Of a stretch of DNA of 64,000 nucleotides, positions 18,737 through 29,300 are shown piece by piece. How positions within the stretch are numbered: position 1 is the stretch's first letter; every line of letters begins with the position of its first letter. The translations under genes were made by a program, and so were the position numbers. Below the pieces are notes generated by a model that was not told the origin of the DNA, did not search any database, and saw only the letters and a program-made list of their open reading frames with translations. The stretch comes from a virus. The stretch spans positions 11,858 through 75,857 of IMG/VR virus record IMGVR_UViG_3300034031_000013; one strand, written 5' to 3'.

Positions 18737-20088
18737 TATATTTCCGTTAGGCTAATCTTATCAATAGCGACATTTTTTACCCCATCTCCGGCGGTGTTTA
18801 CCTCTTCGGCATTTTCATGCAGAACTGCATAGATGTCTACGTTAGGGCTGTTTTCTGCAAGCGTGAAGTCCATGATGCCGTTATAGTACCCGTTGGTTAA
18901 CGATGTTATTGAAGCTGTACAATTAGAATCATCAATTATGACACCTGTAGAGCCGTTGAACTTTGCTTTTACAAGTAGGTTATTACAGAACAACAAGAAA
19001 GTCACAAAATCAAACCCATCAGTGTTAAATCCAAATGCAACTCTGTAATTTTTACCCGTGACGAGATTGACGGGTACGCCGGATTTGTATACATTATGAT
19101 CTACAGCGAAAGCTTGAGGGGTGATTTTAGCGGCTGTTAATGTCCCATCTACCGCTATAGCTGCGTTTAAGTCAAGCGAAGTTCCACCGCTAACTGAATA
19201 AGTGCTATTATTGAATTGATAGTCTGCTAAAATATTTACTGCCGATACGGCGGCTTGGGTTGTTGCACTTTGTGTGGCACTCCAAGCACTATCTACATAC
19301 CCCGATGCCTGCGACTTAACCCTAAAGTAATAAAGCGTTGAAGCGGTTAAAGCAGTTTTTGTGTAAGTGTTTAAAGCTCCTGTATAAATTTGCGTTGTCC
19401 CTGTAAAATCCGAATTAGAGGCTATTTCAACTATTGAATTGGTCGCATTCACATCATCCGTCCAATCAGTTTTTATAGAGGTATCGCTTAATACCGTGGG
19501 CGTTAAGGCAGGTGTTGTTAGTTGGGTTTGTACACCACCGCCACCAGTTAAGGCGGAAAATGCAAAACCGCTGTTAGTCACTGCCAAAACGCTCCCTACT
19601 GTAGATGCCCCTGTAAATGTTTGAAGGACAGCCTTGATTAGTTCTGCAAATGCAGGGATATTTGGGTCTACTCGCTTAAAGGCAGGTTCCTCGCCCTGCG
19701 CTGGAACATCAACTAGATCAAACTGCGGAAATTCGTAGCCTGTTAGAAACTCATCGTCTATCTTCCCATTGTCGTCTAAAAGGTCCTCGCCGCCTCCGCC
19801 ACCACCGCCTGATGCCAACACAGGGGTTAGTAAGTCAACAAGAGCTGACTTAGTGCCCGAAAACGTTACACCATTTACCTGAACCGTATCGACCGTTAGA
19901 TTAATCGAATAATAATCGCCAGGGTCTTTCTCACCACGCCCTACCTCGACATAAACACCATTAGCCGTTTCCTCTACCGTAGAGGCTTTATTTACGTAGC
20001 TCCGAACGATAGGCGCATTAGTGTAACTGTTGACGGAGAGGCTTATGGTAAAGCCCGATGAATCTGATGTGAAAGCGTATGTTGCCAT
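18736..20088 (-). CDS. Tail fibre-like protein with fibronectin type III domain
   Basis: SDTSIKTDW...LTASTLYYFRVKS FN3 motif; poly-Gly linkers; C-terminal beta sandwich. Confidence 0.7.
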   Translation of the reverse strand: MATYAFTSDSSGFTISLSVNSYTNAPIVRSYVNKASTVEETANGVYVEVGRGEKDPGDYYSINLTVDTVQVNGVTFSGTKSALVDLLTPVLASGGGGGGGEDLLDDNGKIDDEFLTGYEFPQFDLVDVPAQGEEPAFKRVDPNIPAFAELIKAVLQTFTGASTVGSVLAVTNSGFAFSALTGGGGVQTQLTTPALTPTVLSDTSIKTDWTDDVNATNSIVEIASNSDFTGTTQIYTGALNTYTKTALTASTLYYFRVKSQASGYVDSAWSATQSATTQAAVSAVNILADYQFNNSTYSVSGGTSLDLNAAIAVDGTLTAAKITPQAFAVDHNVYKSGVPVNLVTGKNYRVAFGFNTDGFDFVTFLLFCNNLLVKAKFNGSTGVIIDDSNCTASITSLTNGYYNGIMDFTLAENSPNVDIYAVLHENAEEVNTAGDGVKNVAIDKISLTEI

Positions 20089-20101
20089 TTAGTATCCTTT
20101 T

Positions 20102-20167
20102 AAAAGCGAAAAGCCCTACTGTTTTATGTACTTAAAAATACACTAAACAATAGGGCGCTTTTGGCGG
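20102..20167 (-). promoter_or_regulatory. Late promoter embedded in a terminator hairpin
   Basis: CCGCC-AAAA-GCGCC-N13-TATTTTTA overlapping stem GCCCTATTGTTT/AAACAGTAGGGC followed by a T-tract. Confidence 0.65.
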
Positions 20168-20188
20168 AATAGGTGGGGTTCTCTAGTG

Positions 20189-20608
20189 CTAAGTGTCGTA
20201 CTTTTTTGGCAACCGTTCCTCTAACAGCGTAAACAGTTTAGTAAAGTGAATACTTGTTTCTTCGTTTCGTTGATTTTGAGTGCGTATAAAGCTCTCTAAT
20301 TTTGAGTCTATCTTAACTACCTCTTTTTGGTTTTTCATCATCACCTCGTCTAGCTTTCTGCCGTACTCGCCAAACTTCTTTTCATTAGATTCTTTCTCCC
20401 AATGCACTTGACTCGCAAGCAGTGAAGCCTTCCCTTCCATTTCGCGCTGGGCGAGAATCGTAGCCTTATTGGCTAGCTCCTTCTCTGCTAGTAATTGCCC
20501 TGACTCTAGCTTCTCTTGAGGTTTACGGAAGAAGTGGTAAACGGAAAAGATAAATCCTAGAATACCTCCTACGCTTAGTATGTTCGGTAGTGTTATTTCA
20601 AATCCCAT
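20189..20608 (-). CDS. Membrane-anchored coiled-coil protein (holin/antiholin-like)
   Basis: Single N-terminal TM followed by coiled coil. Confidence 0.5.
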   Translation of the reverse strand: MGFEITLPNILSVGGILGFIFSVYHFFRKPQEKLESGQLLAEKELANKATILAQREMEGKASLLASQVHWEKESNEKKFGEYGRKLDEVMMKNQKEVVKIDSKLESFIRTQNQRNEETSIHFTKLFTLLEERLPKKYDT

Positions 20609-20650
20609 TGCTATGCGCTGAGTTGTTGTTTAAATCGTGATTGTAAATTG

Positions 20651-22429
20651 TTAATCATTGCCTCCGACAATCGCACCCATAGCATCGCGCCAGTTAGTAC
20701 CGTCATAATGAATTATTTTATTAAGAGTTAAATCTATTATTGTTCTGCCCGTATCTGGATTAGATGGACGGTTTGCAGTACTTAAACGTTGAATGCCAAG
20801 TTTCATAGTTCCATCCTGAAAGAAACTGAAAAGCTCTTTCCCTGAATTAATTAAGGAAAATCTTGGAATACTAAAAAACGCGATATCTGAAACGATCCCG
20901 TAGAACCAATTCTTTGCAGATTCTCCCGCTGTGTCAGTGAAGGCATTACCAGTATTTCCGTCTGTGGCGAAAAATGCGTTTAATAATGATTGTCGTCCGG
21001 CTGTACCTGTCCTGTACTTACCGCGAGATCTAAACTTAACAACATCATTCCCGCCATCGCCCCCCTGAATAGACCCAGCTTCAAAACCGTCCTGCAAAGC
21101 AAGTTTCCCTGACAGGTTTTTAATAATATCCTGCCCTCCAATCTTAAGCTTATTCCCATACTCGGATGAACCTGCCCCTGTTATTGAAAGCAGTGTTACA
21201 CACTCTTGTATGTCATTCCCTGTAATGATATTATCATTTGAACCGTTTATCTCTCTTACACCGTATTCAGGAGCTGCACCAGGAAAAGGTTCCCCTACTA
21301 TTGAACCAATACTATTGCTGAGAACTCTGACCCCGTGAGAATTATCAATCAAGATGGCAGATTCCTCACAATATTGCAGGTCGTTATTGGTTATTGACAC
21401 TTGACCGCTCTCGATTACTCTGACTGAACATCCTCCAGTATTTAATACCTCATTACCTGAAATAAATACATTAAAAGACTTCTTGATAACAATCCCATTT
21501 CCTGTTCCTTCGCGCCCTGTACTTATAAAGTTGTTGGTTATTTTAACATCAAATAATTTATTACTCCCTAAATCACCCTCTACTATTATCCCATCTCCCT
21601 TAATTGAGTCAATATCGCAATGGGAAACCACCAGAAAAGTACCAGGGAATGCGCCAGTTGAAACATAACGTATACCTGTAGCTAACTCTTGGGCGGAGTC
21701 TGCCGCTCCTAAATGACACCTATCAATCAATACAGAAGGCATATCAAGTAAGTCGATATAGAAATCAACTATGTTCAAGAAACTACATTCGGCTATATTT
21801 AAGAATGTTCCACCACCCGAACTGCGTATACCGAATCTGTTTCCCGCAAAATGACAGTTTTTTATTGTTGAATATAGTGGCGTGATTAATTCTGCTCCGT
21901 ATTCAAAGTACCCAACAATCCTAAGATTAGATAGTAAAAATCTTGAAGCCCCGTTTACTTTTATAGCTGAACAACCAGCTTTTGAGTTCCAAAAAAAAGA
22001 CAGTCCTGAAATTACGTTATAGGTATTGCTTAAAATAAAGCAAGCATCGCCAGCAGTTACAGGTCTAATTTCCGCCAACGTAGAATCGCTGAAAACTTTC
22101 TGCCTATCCTGTAGTGCTATATTTGATATATTATAAATGCCTTTTGGCACTCTTATATCAAAACCACTAGCAACAGCCTTTTGGAAAGCAGCGGTATCGT
22201 TTGCGAAACCATCTCCAACTGCCCCAAACCAACTAACATCAACCGCCCCTGTGAAGTTTCTTTTAAAATATTCGCTACCTAATTTACGATAGATCACGCC
22301 ATCGCATTTAGCATTCGACATAGCCGAGCCATCGGAATATGCGGTAACCTTGCTATAAGTAAAGCTTTCGCCTGTATTGCTGTCTAGTATGCCGTAAAGC
22401 GTATCCTGAATCCTTTGAACTTGCGCCAT
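20651..22429 (-). CDS. Tailspike / depolymerase with pectate-lyase-3 beta-helix
   Basis: VDVSWFGAVGDGFANDTAAFQKA...VPKGIY; parallel beta-helix repeats. Confidence 0.85.
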   Translation of the reverse strand: MAQVQRIQDTLYGILDSNTGESFTYSKVTAYSDGSAMSNAKCDGVIYRKLGSEYFKRNFTGAVDVSWFGAVGDGFANDTAAFQKAVASGFDIRVPKGIYNISNIALQDRQKVFSDSTLAEIRPVTAGDACFILSNTYNVISGLSFFWNSKAGCSAIKVNGASRFLLSNLRIVGYFEYGAELITPLYSTIKNCHFAGNRFGIRSSGGGTFLNIAECSFLNIVDFYIDLLDMPSVLIDRCHLGAADSAQELATGIRYVSTGAFPGTFLVVSHCDIDSIKGDGIIVEGDLGSNKLFDVKITNNFISTGREGTGNGIVIKKSFNVFISGNEVLNTGGCSVRVIESGQVSITNNDLQYCEESAILIDNSHGVRVLSNSIGSIVGEPFPGAAPEYGVREINGSNDNIITGNDIQECVTLLSITGAGSSEYGNKLKIGGQDIIKNLSGKLALQDGFEAGSIQGGDGGNDVVKFRSRGKYRTGTAGRQSLLNAFFATDGNTGNAFTDTAGESAKNWFYGIVSDIAFFSIPRFSLINSGKELFSFFQDGTMKLGIQRLSTANRPSNPDTGRTIIDLTLNKIIHYDGTNWRDAMGAIVGGND

Positions 22430-22431
22430 AA

Positions 22432-22806
22432 TTATATATCAAATAAATCGTCAGAAAAAACGACTGCCAAATCGTCAAAGGCATCGTCAAAAGTTGCTTT
22501 TGATACACCCTCGGATACTATGGTGATGTTGGGTATAACTATTCGTGTATTTATCATAGGTTGTTCTATACTGGCTGCATCAATGGCTTTTAAAAGGAGT
22601 GAATGAATTTTTTGCGTTTGGTCGTTATTTACACTATCCTCCAAATCTATATCAAGGCTGTTTATTAAAATGCCTAAATAGATTAGATGATGAACATTGT
22701 TGTTTTTGGAGCCGTTTTTAAGAGATGTGGAATGTTCTTTTAGCTCATCGCTAAAGAATGCCTTGGCTCGTATAAGCGTAGTAGTTATTTCAGATAGCTC
22801 TACCAT
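22432..22806 (-). CDS. Hypothetical virion-associated protein
   Basis: 124 aa in late operon. Confidence 0.55.
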   Translation of the reverse strand: MVELSEITTTLIRAKAFFSDELKEHSTSLKNGSKNNNVHHLIYLGILINSLDIDLEDSVNNDQTQKIHSLLLKAIDAASIEQPMINTRIVIPNITIVSEGVSKATFDDAFDDLAVVFSDDLFDI

Positions 22807-23291
22807 TACACAAGGAGGTCTAAGTAGGTGTTTGCGTTGTCGATGTTCTGTTGGTAGGATACCTGTTTCCCTGCTAAAAATCTGTCGCTCATGTAGCCGT
22901 TTATAAACAAGGATATGTTAGACAGATGGCTATTGCTCTTTGTATTACAGCAATGACCGTTTAAGATAGCTTCGTTAAGCTTAGTTGCAGTAATGCGGTG
23001 CGTTGGGTACTCCCACGTTAAGGAATAAGAAGCGATTCCTGCCAGTGTTAGAGACGCTATTAGCAGATAATCTTTGGTCTTGGTAAACGTCCTTACATTG
23101 TCGGAGTCATTGACAAAATCAAGCGTAGCAAGAGTGTTTCCGTAAACATCCTTTACGACAATTTTATTCGTAGTGAAATTCGACTTTACATAACCCTGAT
23201 CGTTCGATATATCGAAGCTTTGCTGCGTTACGGTAACCAGAGTGCCGTCAGCACTTTCAGTAAGGGAGAATTTAGGTACAAAACTTGCCAT
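22806..23291 (-). CDS. Hypothetical structural protein
   Basis: Likely ATG at 23291 (MASFVPKF), downstream of a late promoter. Confidence 0.6.
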   Translation of the reverse strand: MASFVPKFSLTESADGTLVTVTQQSFDISNDQGYVKSNFTTNKIVVKDVYGNTLATLDFVNDSDNVRTFTKTKDYLLIASLTLAGIASYSLTWEYPTHRITATKLNEAILNGHCCNTKSNSHLSNISLFINGYMSDRFLAGKQVSYQQNIDNANTYLDLLV

Positions 23292-23309
23292 CTTTAATTT
23301 GTTCTTTAT

Positions 23310-23344
23310 CAAAGATAACCTCTACATAAAGGCGGTTTTGGCGG
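23310..23344 (-). promoter_or_regulatory. Late promoter
   Basis: CCGCC-AAAA-CCGCC-N13-TATCTTTG. Confidence 0.75.
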
Positions 23345-23358
23345 TTTTAAGGGGTACG

Positions 23359-23382
23359 AAAAAGGGAGAAATTAATCTCCCT
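23359..23382 (-). terminator. Intrinsic terminator
   Basis: AGGGAGA-ttaatt-TCTCCCT then TTTT on - strand. Confidence 0.7.
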
Positions 23383-23387
23383 GTATA

Positions 23388-26300
23388 TTATTCTTCTTCG
23401 GCTTTCAGCGTTAGGTCATATTCGCCTTTCCCTTTTTGGTAGTCTTTCAATATCTTATCCTTAGAATACGCATTGACTTCGCTCTTAAGTTTGTTTTTAG
23501 CAGTAATTGCCGCCGCCTCTTTCGACTCTCCTTTATCTATTGCTTTCTTAGTTACAGTAGCTAGGATTGTTTCGCCATGCTTGGCTATGAACTCTTTCTT
23601 ATAAGCCTGACGCTCTCTGATTTGCTTTGGTGAAAGCTGATAGGTTTTAGACTCTCCGTCTTTTTCTACCTTGATGTAGATTAGTTTAGGGGATACGCCC
23701 GATACGGCTTCCTTAGCGGCTTCGGTGGCTTCTTTCTTTACCGCCCCTATTTCTTTCTCAAATTCCTGTACGGTCATTTGAGCATACTCGCTAAACCTAG
23801 ATTTAAGGTTGCCTTTGATGTATTCTCCGTAAGCCTGTTTGTATGTCTTAAATTCGTCTTTCGTTGGCGTTCTTTTTTCAAAAGTTTCAGGGTCGAATAC
23901 CTCTACGTCGTTTCTGTGTTTCTCAAAAAACGATACGTTCTTTTTGGCAAGTAGCATACGTAACTTCTCATCTTTATCCTTATCTAAAAACTCAGGCGTT
24001 CCGTAAGTGTTCATATTTACCCCAAAGAAACTTAGCGCAATCAAAAAAGATGACATTGTTTCGGGATGCTCTTTACGTAGCTCATCAATCCCTTGCGTCC
24101 ATATTGGGGCTGTGGCTGCCCACATTTCACTTTCGGCGTCGAACATCTGTCCTTTTCTTTCGTCAAGTATTCGGTATCCTACCCCTGATAATGGCGAGAA
24201 TTTATTTGTGCTGAATCGCATAAGCAAATCCCATCTATTCGGGCTGAATGCGTTCTCGCCTAGATTTATTGTCTTACTGGACGAGGCTGATTTGTAATTA
24301 CCTGTGAACTCCCTTGCAAATAGTATCACATTCTGATTAAGCCCTCCGAATAGGTCGATTCTTGTATTTCCAATTCTAAGTTTCATGAAATCATTGCTCA
24401 CTGGATTGAATACATCAGGGTTCTCATCTTCGTCGTTATCATCTCTGAAAGACTTTATCGCAAGCGTCAAGGTTGTTGCTACGGTAATAAATGTAGCCAT
24501 CTTTAATGTTGCTCGTTTTGCTACAACAGGGCTCGTGTACCACATATGCCCCCAATATCCAGGATTCGTAAGCGATAGCGTTGCTGTTATCTTTCTCGGA
24601 GCAAAGAATACTACAGCTAATTCCTTAGCAACAGGCTCGGCGAATCTTAATCTGCCCCTGAATGTAATATTATTAGCCGCATTAGCCGCTATTTCATACT
24701 GTCTTGGGTCACTCTCGAACGTAATACCCTTAGCCTTAAGGTCGGCGGCAAACTGCTTAAACAACTGAACCCTGAGCGTATCGACAACGCCTGTATAAGC
24801 TCGCTCTGTGGCTCTGTAAGGATTGAATAATATAGCTCGTTCGTATAGTTTCCTATTTGTGTATTGAAGTGGGTAAAGCATCCCTTCCCATATTTTATTT
24901 ATCACCGAACCGCTTAATTGGTAATCTTTTGAGCCTAGCTTTGTATTGGGGAACTGTAAAGCTAACCCCGATTGCTCCATGACAGAAAATAGCGGGTCTG
25001 CTTTTAATTTAGCTAAGAATGTCCTTTCGTAATTTTCCGAAGCCATGAATTTAAACCCTTCTTTTATCGCTTCGTAGGTTTTAACAGGATTAGTAGATAA
25101 TGCGGCTACTATTCCCTGTACTCCTAGCGCACTAAAGTCTAAGCCAGCCTGCAAGGCGCGTTGAAGCCCTGATGTCCATTCTATACTACCGTCTTTAAAC
25201 TTTTGCCATCCAGTTCTATTAGCCTGTTCATTCTCAAAATGAGCTTCATCATACTTGCCTCTTACTTCATGTGCTTTCGCCTCAAGTTCCGCTAGTTCTC
25301 CATCGGCGAGAACTGGGCTTGGTTTAGATTTAGGCGCGAAGTTCTTGGCATCTAATCTTTCATTCTTCTCTCTGATAAATTCTTTCAGATATTCTTTCCG
25401 TTTTTCACGTCTCTGATTTTCGTCTAATTCTGCTTCTGCCTGCGTTTTCGGTATTGTTTTTTCAAGGATATTTATTTGACGCTTTAATTCGCGCTCCTTC
25501 TCGCTTAATGCGCTATACTCTTTGCCGTCCTTGGTTTTCTTTTTCCCTATTTCTAAATCTTCAAGTTGGGAATATAGCCTGCCTAACCGTTTTGCTTCGT
25601 TGATTTTCTGTTGAAGTGCGTCGGCGGTGCGGTTTACTGTCTTACCGTATTTTGTTATAGCATCACGAACCTGCCTTGGTGTAATATCAGGCAAATCCTT
25701 TTGAACTTCTGCTTGTACAGCTTCGGTTAAACCGTTAATATCAGTTACTCCTTGCTCTACAAGGTCACGGATGAAGTTAGAGGGTATAACTAGCTCGCCT
25801 TCTTCCACGAACGGTTTCTCAACCACTCCATCTAAATCAACTTTGCCTTTCCCGCCGATTCGCTCATAAAGCTCAGGTAGCTTCATTTTGGATTCGACGC
25901 CAACGGTTTTAAGCATTTCCTTCGCCCACACCTTAAAGTCACCTTTCGATTCCTTAAGGTTTAATCGAGCATACTCTATAAAGTCTGCTTCAAACCAAAT
26001 GGTAGCTACACGGGAAATGTCGTTAAACACCCTGTATTTCTTCGCTAACTCTCTTTTACGGGCTTGCTCCTGTGGGGTAAGCACCGATTTCTTGGTCTTG
26101 GCACTTCTTGCAATATCTTCCGCAATATCCTTTACTGCCTGCTCTTCCTCGGCTTTAATAAAGCGTTGTTCGGCTTCTGCGATTTCTTCTTTTAGTCGGG
26201 TGAGTTCTTTGTCGTACTCTTTGAATTTAGCCTCTATTTCGGGAGAAATATAGCCCTTGTTAACTTTCTTGTACTGCTCGATCTGTGAAACGAGGTTGTA

Positions 26301-29300
26301 GTCTTTGTCAAGTAAGCCACGACGCAATCTAAAGGCTAGAGACTGTTGCTGTGCAGTAATAACAGCCATCACATCGTAAGCGGTTATATCGTCCTCTAGC
26401 TTGGATATTTCTACGTCTGCGCTTGCCGTTGGTTCGCCTTTCGCAAATTGAGAATTTCTTTCTTTTAATAAATCCCTACGCTTATTATCAAGGGTTGCTT
26501 TGTAATAGATAAGCGCAACGACCTCTTTAGGCTGTAACGCCCTTCTGTTGCCTTTTACTTTCTTGCCTATGCCGACAATCTCGTCAACTATTCCTTTGGG
26601 ATTTATCTCGCCTGTCTCGACAATCTTCTGCCCTAACTCGTGCATCTCCTTGTCTTTGATTTTGTCAAGGTTTACACTGGCAATAATATCGTCGGAAACT
26701 AAACCTTTCTTGATACCTGATACATTTTCATTTGCTTCTTTCTTAGCTTCGGATTCTTGCTCTGATTTTGCTAGTTCCTCGTATTCTTTTTCAATATGGG
26801 AAGTGAATTGCTTATCAAACTCTCCCTTATCCTCTAATCCTTTATACCAATCAGTTTTACGAACATAAGCTAACCCTGCTTCTATTGCATCAGCTAATTT
26901 AGCCCCCGTACGAAGAGTTTCCGCGATAACGGTTAATGATCCGTCCCATGCAAGATCGAAGCCTGACGAGGCTTTAAATCCCTTTAGTTTGGATATTTTA
27001 CCTTGTTCTATTTTATCGGCAAGGGAACGTAGGGGATCTCCTGCTTTTGGATTCGATTGTGCAAATTTTGCACTTACTGCGACCTTAGTTTCTACTTCGG
27101 CAATAACGCCCGATTGTTGCCGATCGGCAGAAGAAGCACCTTCGCTTTCTAAAAGCGCACTGGATACTTCCTTGTTGGCTGTTTTTAATTCATTTATTTT
27201 ATCTAATAGTGTCGATAGTTTAGCACCGGGGCCACCATTAGCTTTATAAAATTCTACTTCTTTATCTTCATCATCAAAAAGCCGTGAAAGTTCCTTTTCA
27301 GCTTCAATATAGGAGTCAGACTCTGAATGATCTGATTCATCATCCAATTGTTGTACAGATTCTTTACGGGCTATAGTGTCTTTATCTTTCCCTTTAACTT
27401 CATTATAAAAATCAGCAAAAGCCTCTGACTTTAACTTGTCATTATTAGGATCATATTTTTTACGGAAAGCGTCGGCTACTTCTTTAGGAACGTCAGCTAT
27501 GTTCTCAACTTTTTTTAGTGCATCCTTAAAGTTCTTGGAATCATTTACGGCGTCAATAAAAGGTTGGAATGTTTCTATCGAGATTTTAGGTGCATCTAAT
27601 TGTGATTGCTCAGAGGCGGGTGCAATCTGTTCTGTTTGCACTTCTTCTGAATTTATATTTTGCTGGTAATCAAAAACATCCTTGGGTATCTCGCGCTTAT
27701 TTTTACCATCAACGGTCATGTAATATTTTACCGTTTCGCCGTCAGGCATAAGACTATTCTTGTCTTTATATACAGGCTTCTTCTCTTCAAAAAACTTGTA
27801 ATCCTTGCTCCATTTATTATCATCAATAAATTGCTTCCAAGATAAAGTTTCGCTGTTCTCCCAATTCGACGGCTCTTTATACATTCCTCGGATATTGAGG
27901 GAGCTTTGTTTTATTGGCTCAGTAAGGGCTTTAGGTAAGGCATCCTCATTATCCCCTTCGGGTATAGCATTAACCAATTCATCTTTTATACCCGATTTGG
28001 TAGAATTTGGCTCAATAGCTTCTACTTGCTTGTTTAACTCTGCTATCTTATTCTCTGCATCGGCAACCGTTTCTTTTGATACACTAGGGTCTTTAGCAAC
28101 TACTTCCAACTTATCAATCGAGGCTGTGATTTTATCAACCTCTTGCTTTTGTTGGGGAGAAAGGTTTTCATCCTTGTGGGTATCTTCCTCTATAGCTGTG
28201 GCGATATTAGATACGCTCTGCTGTAAGTTCTCTGCAATAACAGCTTTAGCTTCGGGACTAACATTTGTGTTGTTTAAATCGGCTTGCAATCGCTCTACGG
28301 TGGCGGCGTTTTCAGTTACGGCTTGTTTGGCTTTAGGGCTTACTGCTAATCTTGATAACTTACCAACGCCTCCTGCGGCTCCTGAACCTACCACGCCCAT
28401 TACATAAGCCTCTAGTCCTTTCTTAGAGAACATAACCTCAAGGGCTTTCTCAGTCACCTTTAGTTCGTCCGTTCCTTTCCCTAGTTCTGTATTGGCCGTT
28501 TCAAGTCCTGCCTGCACCCACTCTGTAACACCCTCCTTGTTTACCTCGAACATAAAACTAGCAACTTTTTTCATGGCAGTGCCTTTCAGCTTACCCATCA
28601 TTAAGTTACTAGCTCCTTTTAATCCAATCCCCTCAAGCACACCACCTAATGTTCCTATTGCGGCAGGTATCCCTAATTCAGCATCACCTTTCTTGTATAA
28701 CTCTTCTACAGATATTCCTTTGGATTTAGCTTTTTCAGAGTTAAACTTTACTATGGCATCTCCAACCGTTTCAGTATAAAGACCTGCTCCTCCTGTGAGT
28801 ACAGATGGGATAGCTGTACTAACAAGCGAACCCATTGCATCAACAACGCCTGCGGCAAGTCCTGGAATATTAAAATTCCTTGCGTTGTCTACAATTCCTT
28901 GTGTTGGTTTGATTTGCTTCTCTAACTCAGCTAATTTATGATAAGCCTCGTTGCGAACATCTTCTATTTCTCTGTCGCTTTGTAAGGAAAATCCACCGTT
29001 TGCGTCATATTCTATTCGAGGGAGTCTAAATAAACCCGCCGTAGCTTCTTTACCTAGAATACTACCTAATATATCCGCTGAACCTGTGTTTAGGTGAGGT
29101 ATAAAACCTTTTAGCTTTGTACCAATGTTAGATAAGGTATTGCCTGTACTTTCAAGGAAGCCTTGTTCTTCTTGAGGTTTTGCTACCTGTTTAGTTACAG
29201 GGGCTTTATACCCCTTATTTTTCTCTATAAATTCTTTTTGCTTTTCTGGGGAAAGAACAGTCGGAGCCAGTGGCTTAGTCTGCGTACTTTGAGGGAAACC

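Noticed and set aside
15755-22429. Diversity-generating retroelement or invertible tail-fibre cassette
   Set aside because: No reverse transcriptase, invertase or TR/VR pair noticed
23864-28779. Many + strand ORFs inside the giant gene, and similar antisense ORFs elsewhere
   Set aside because: Shadow ORFs antisense to real genes; Ser/Phe-rich, no motifs
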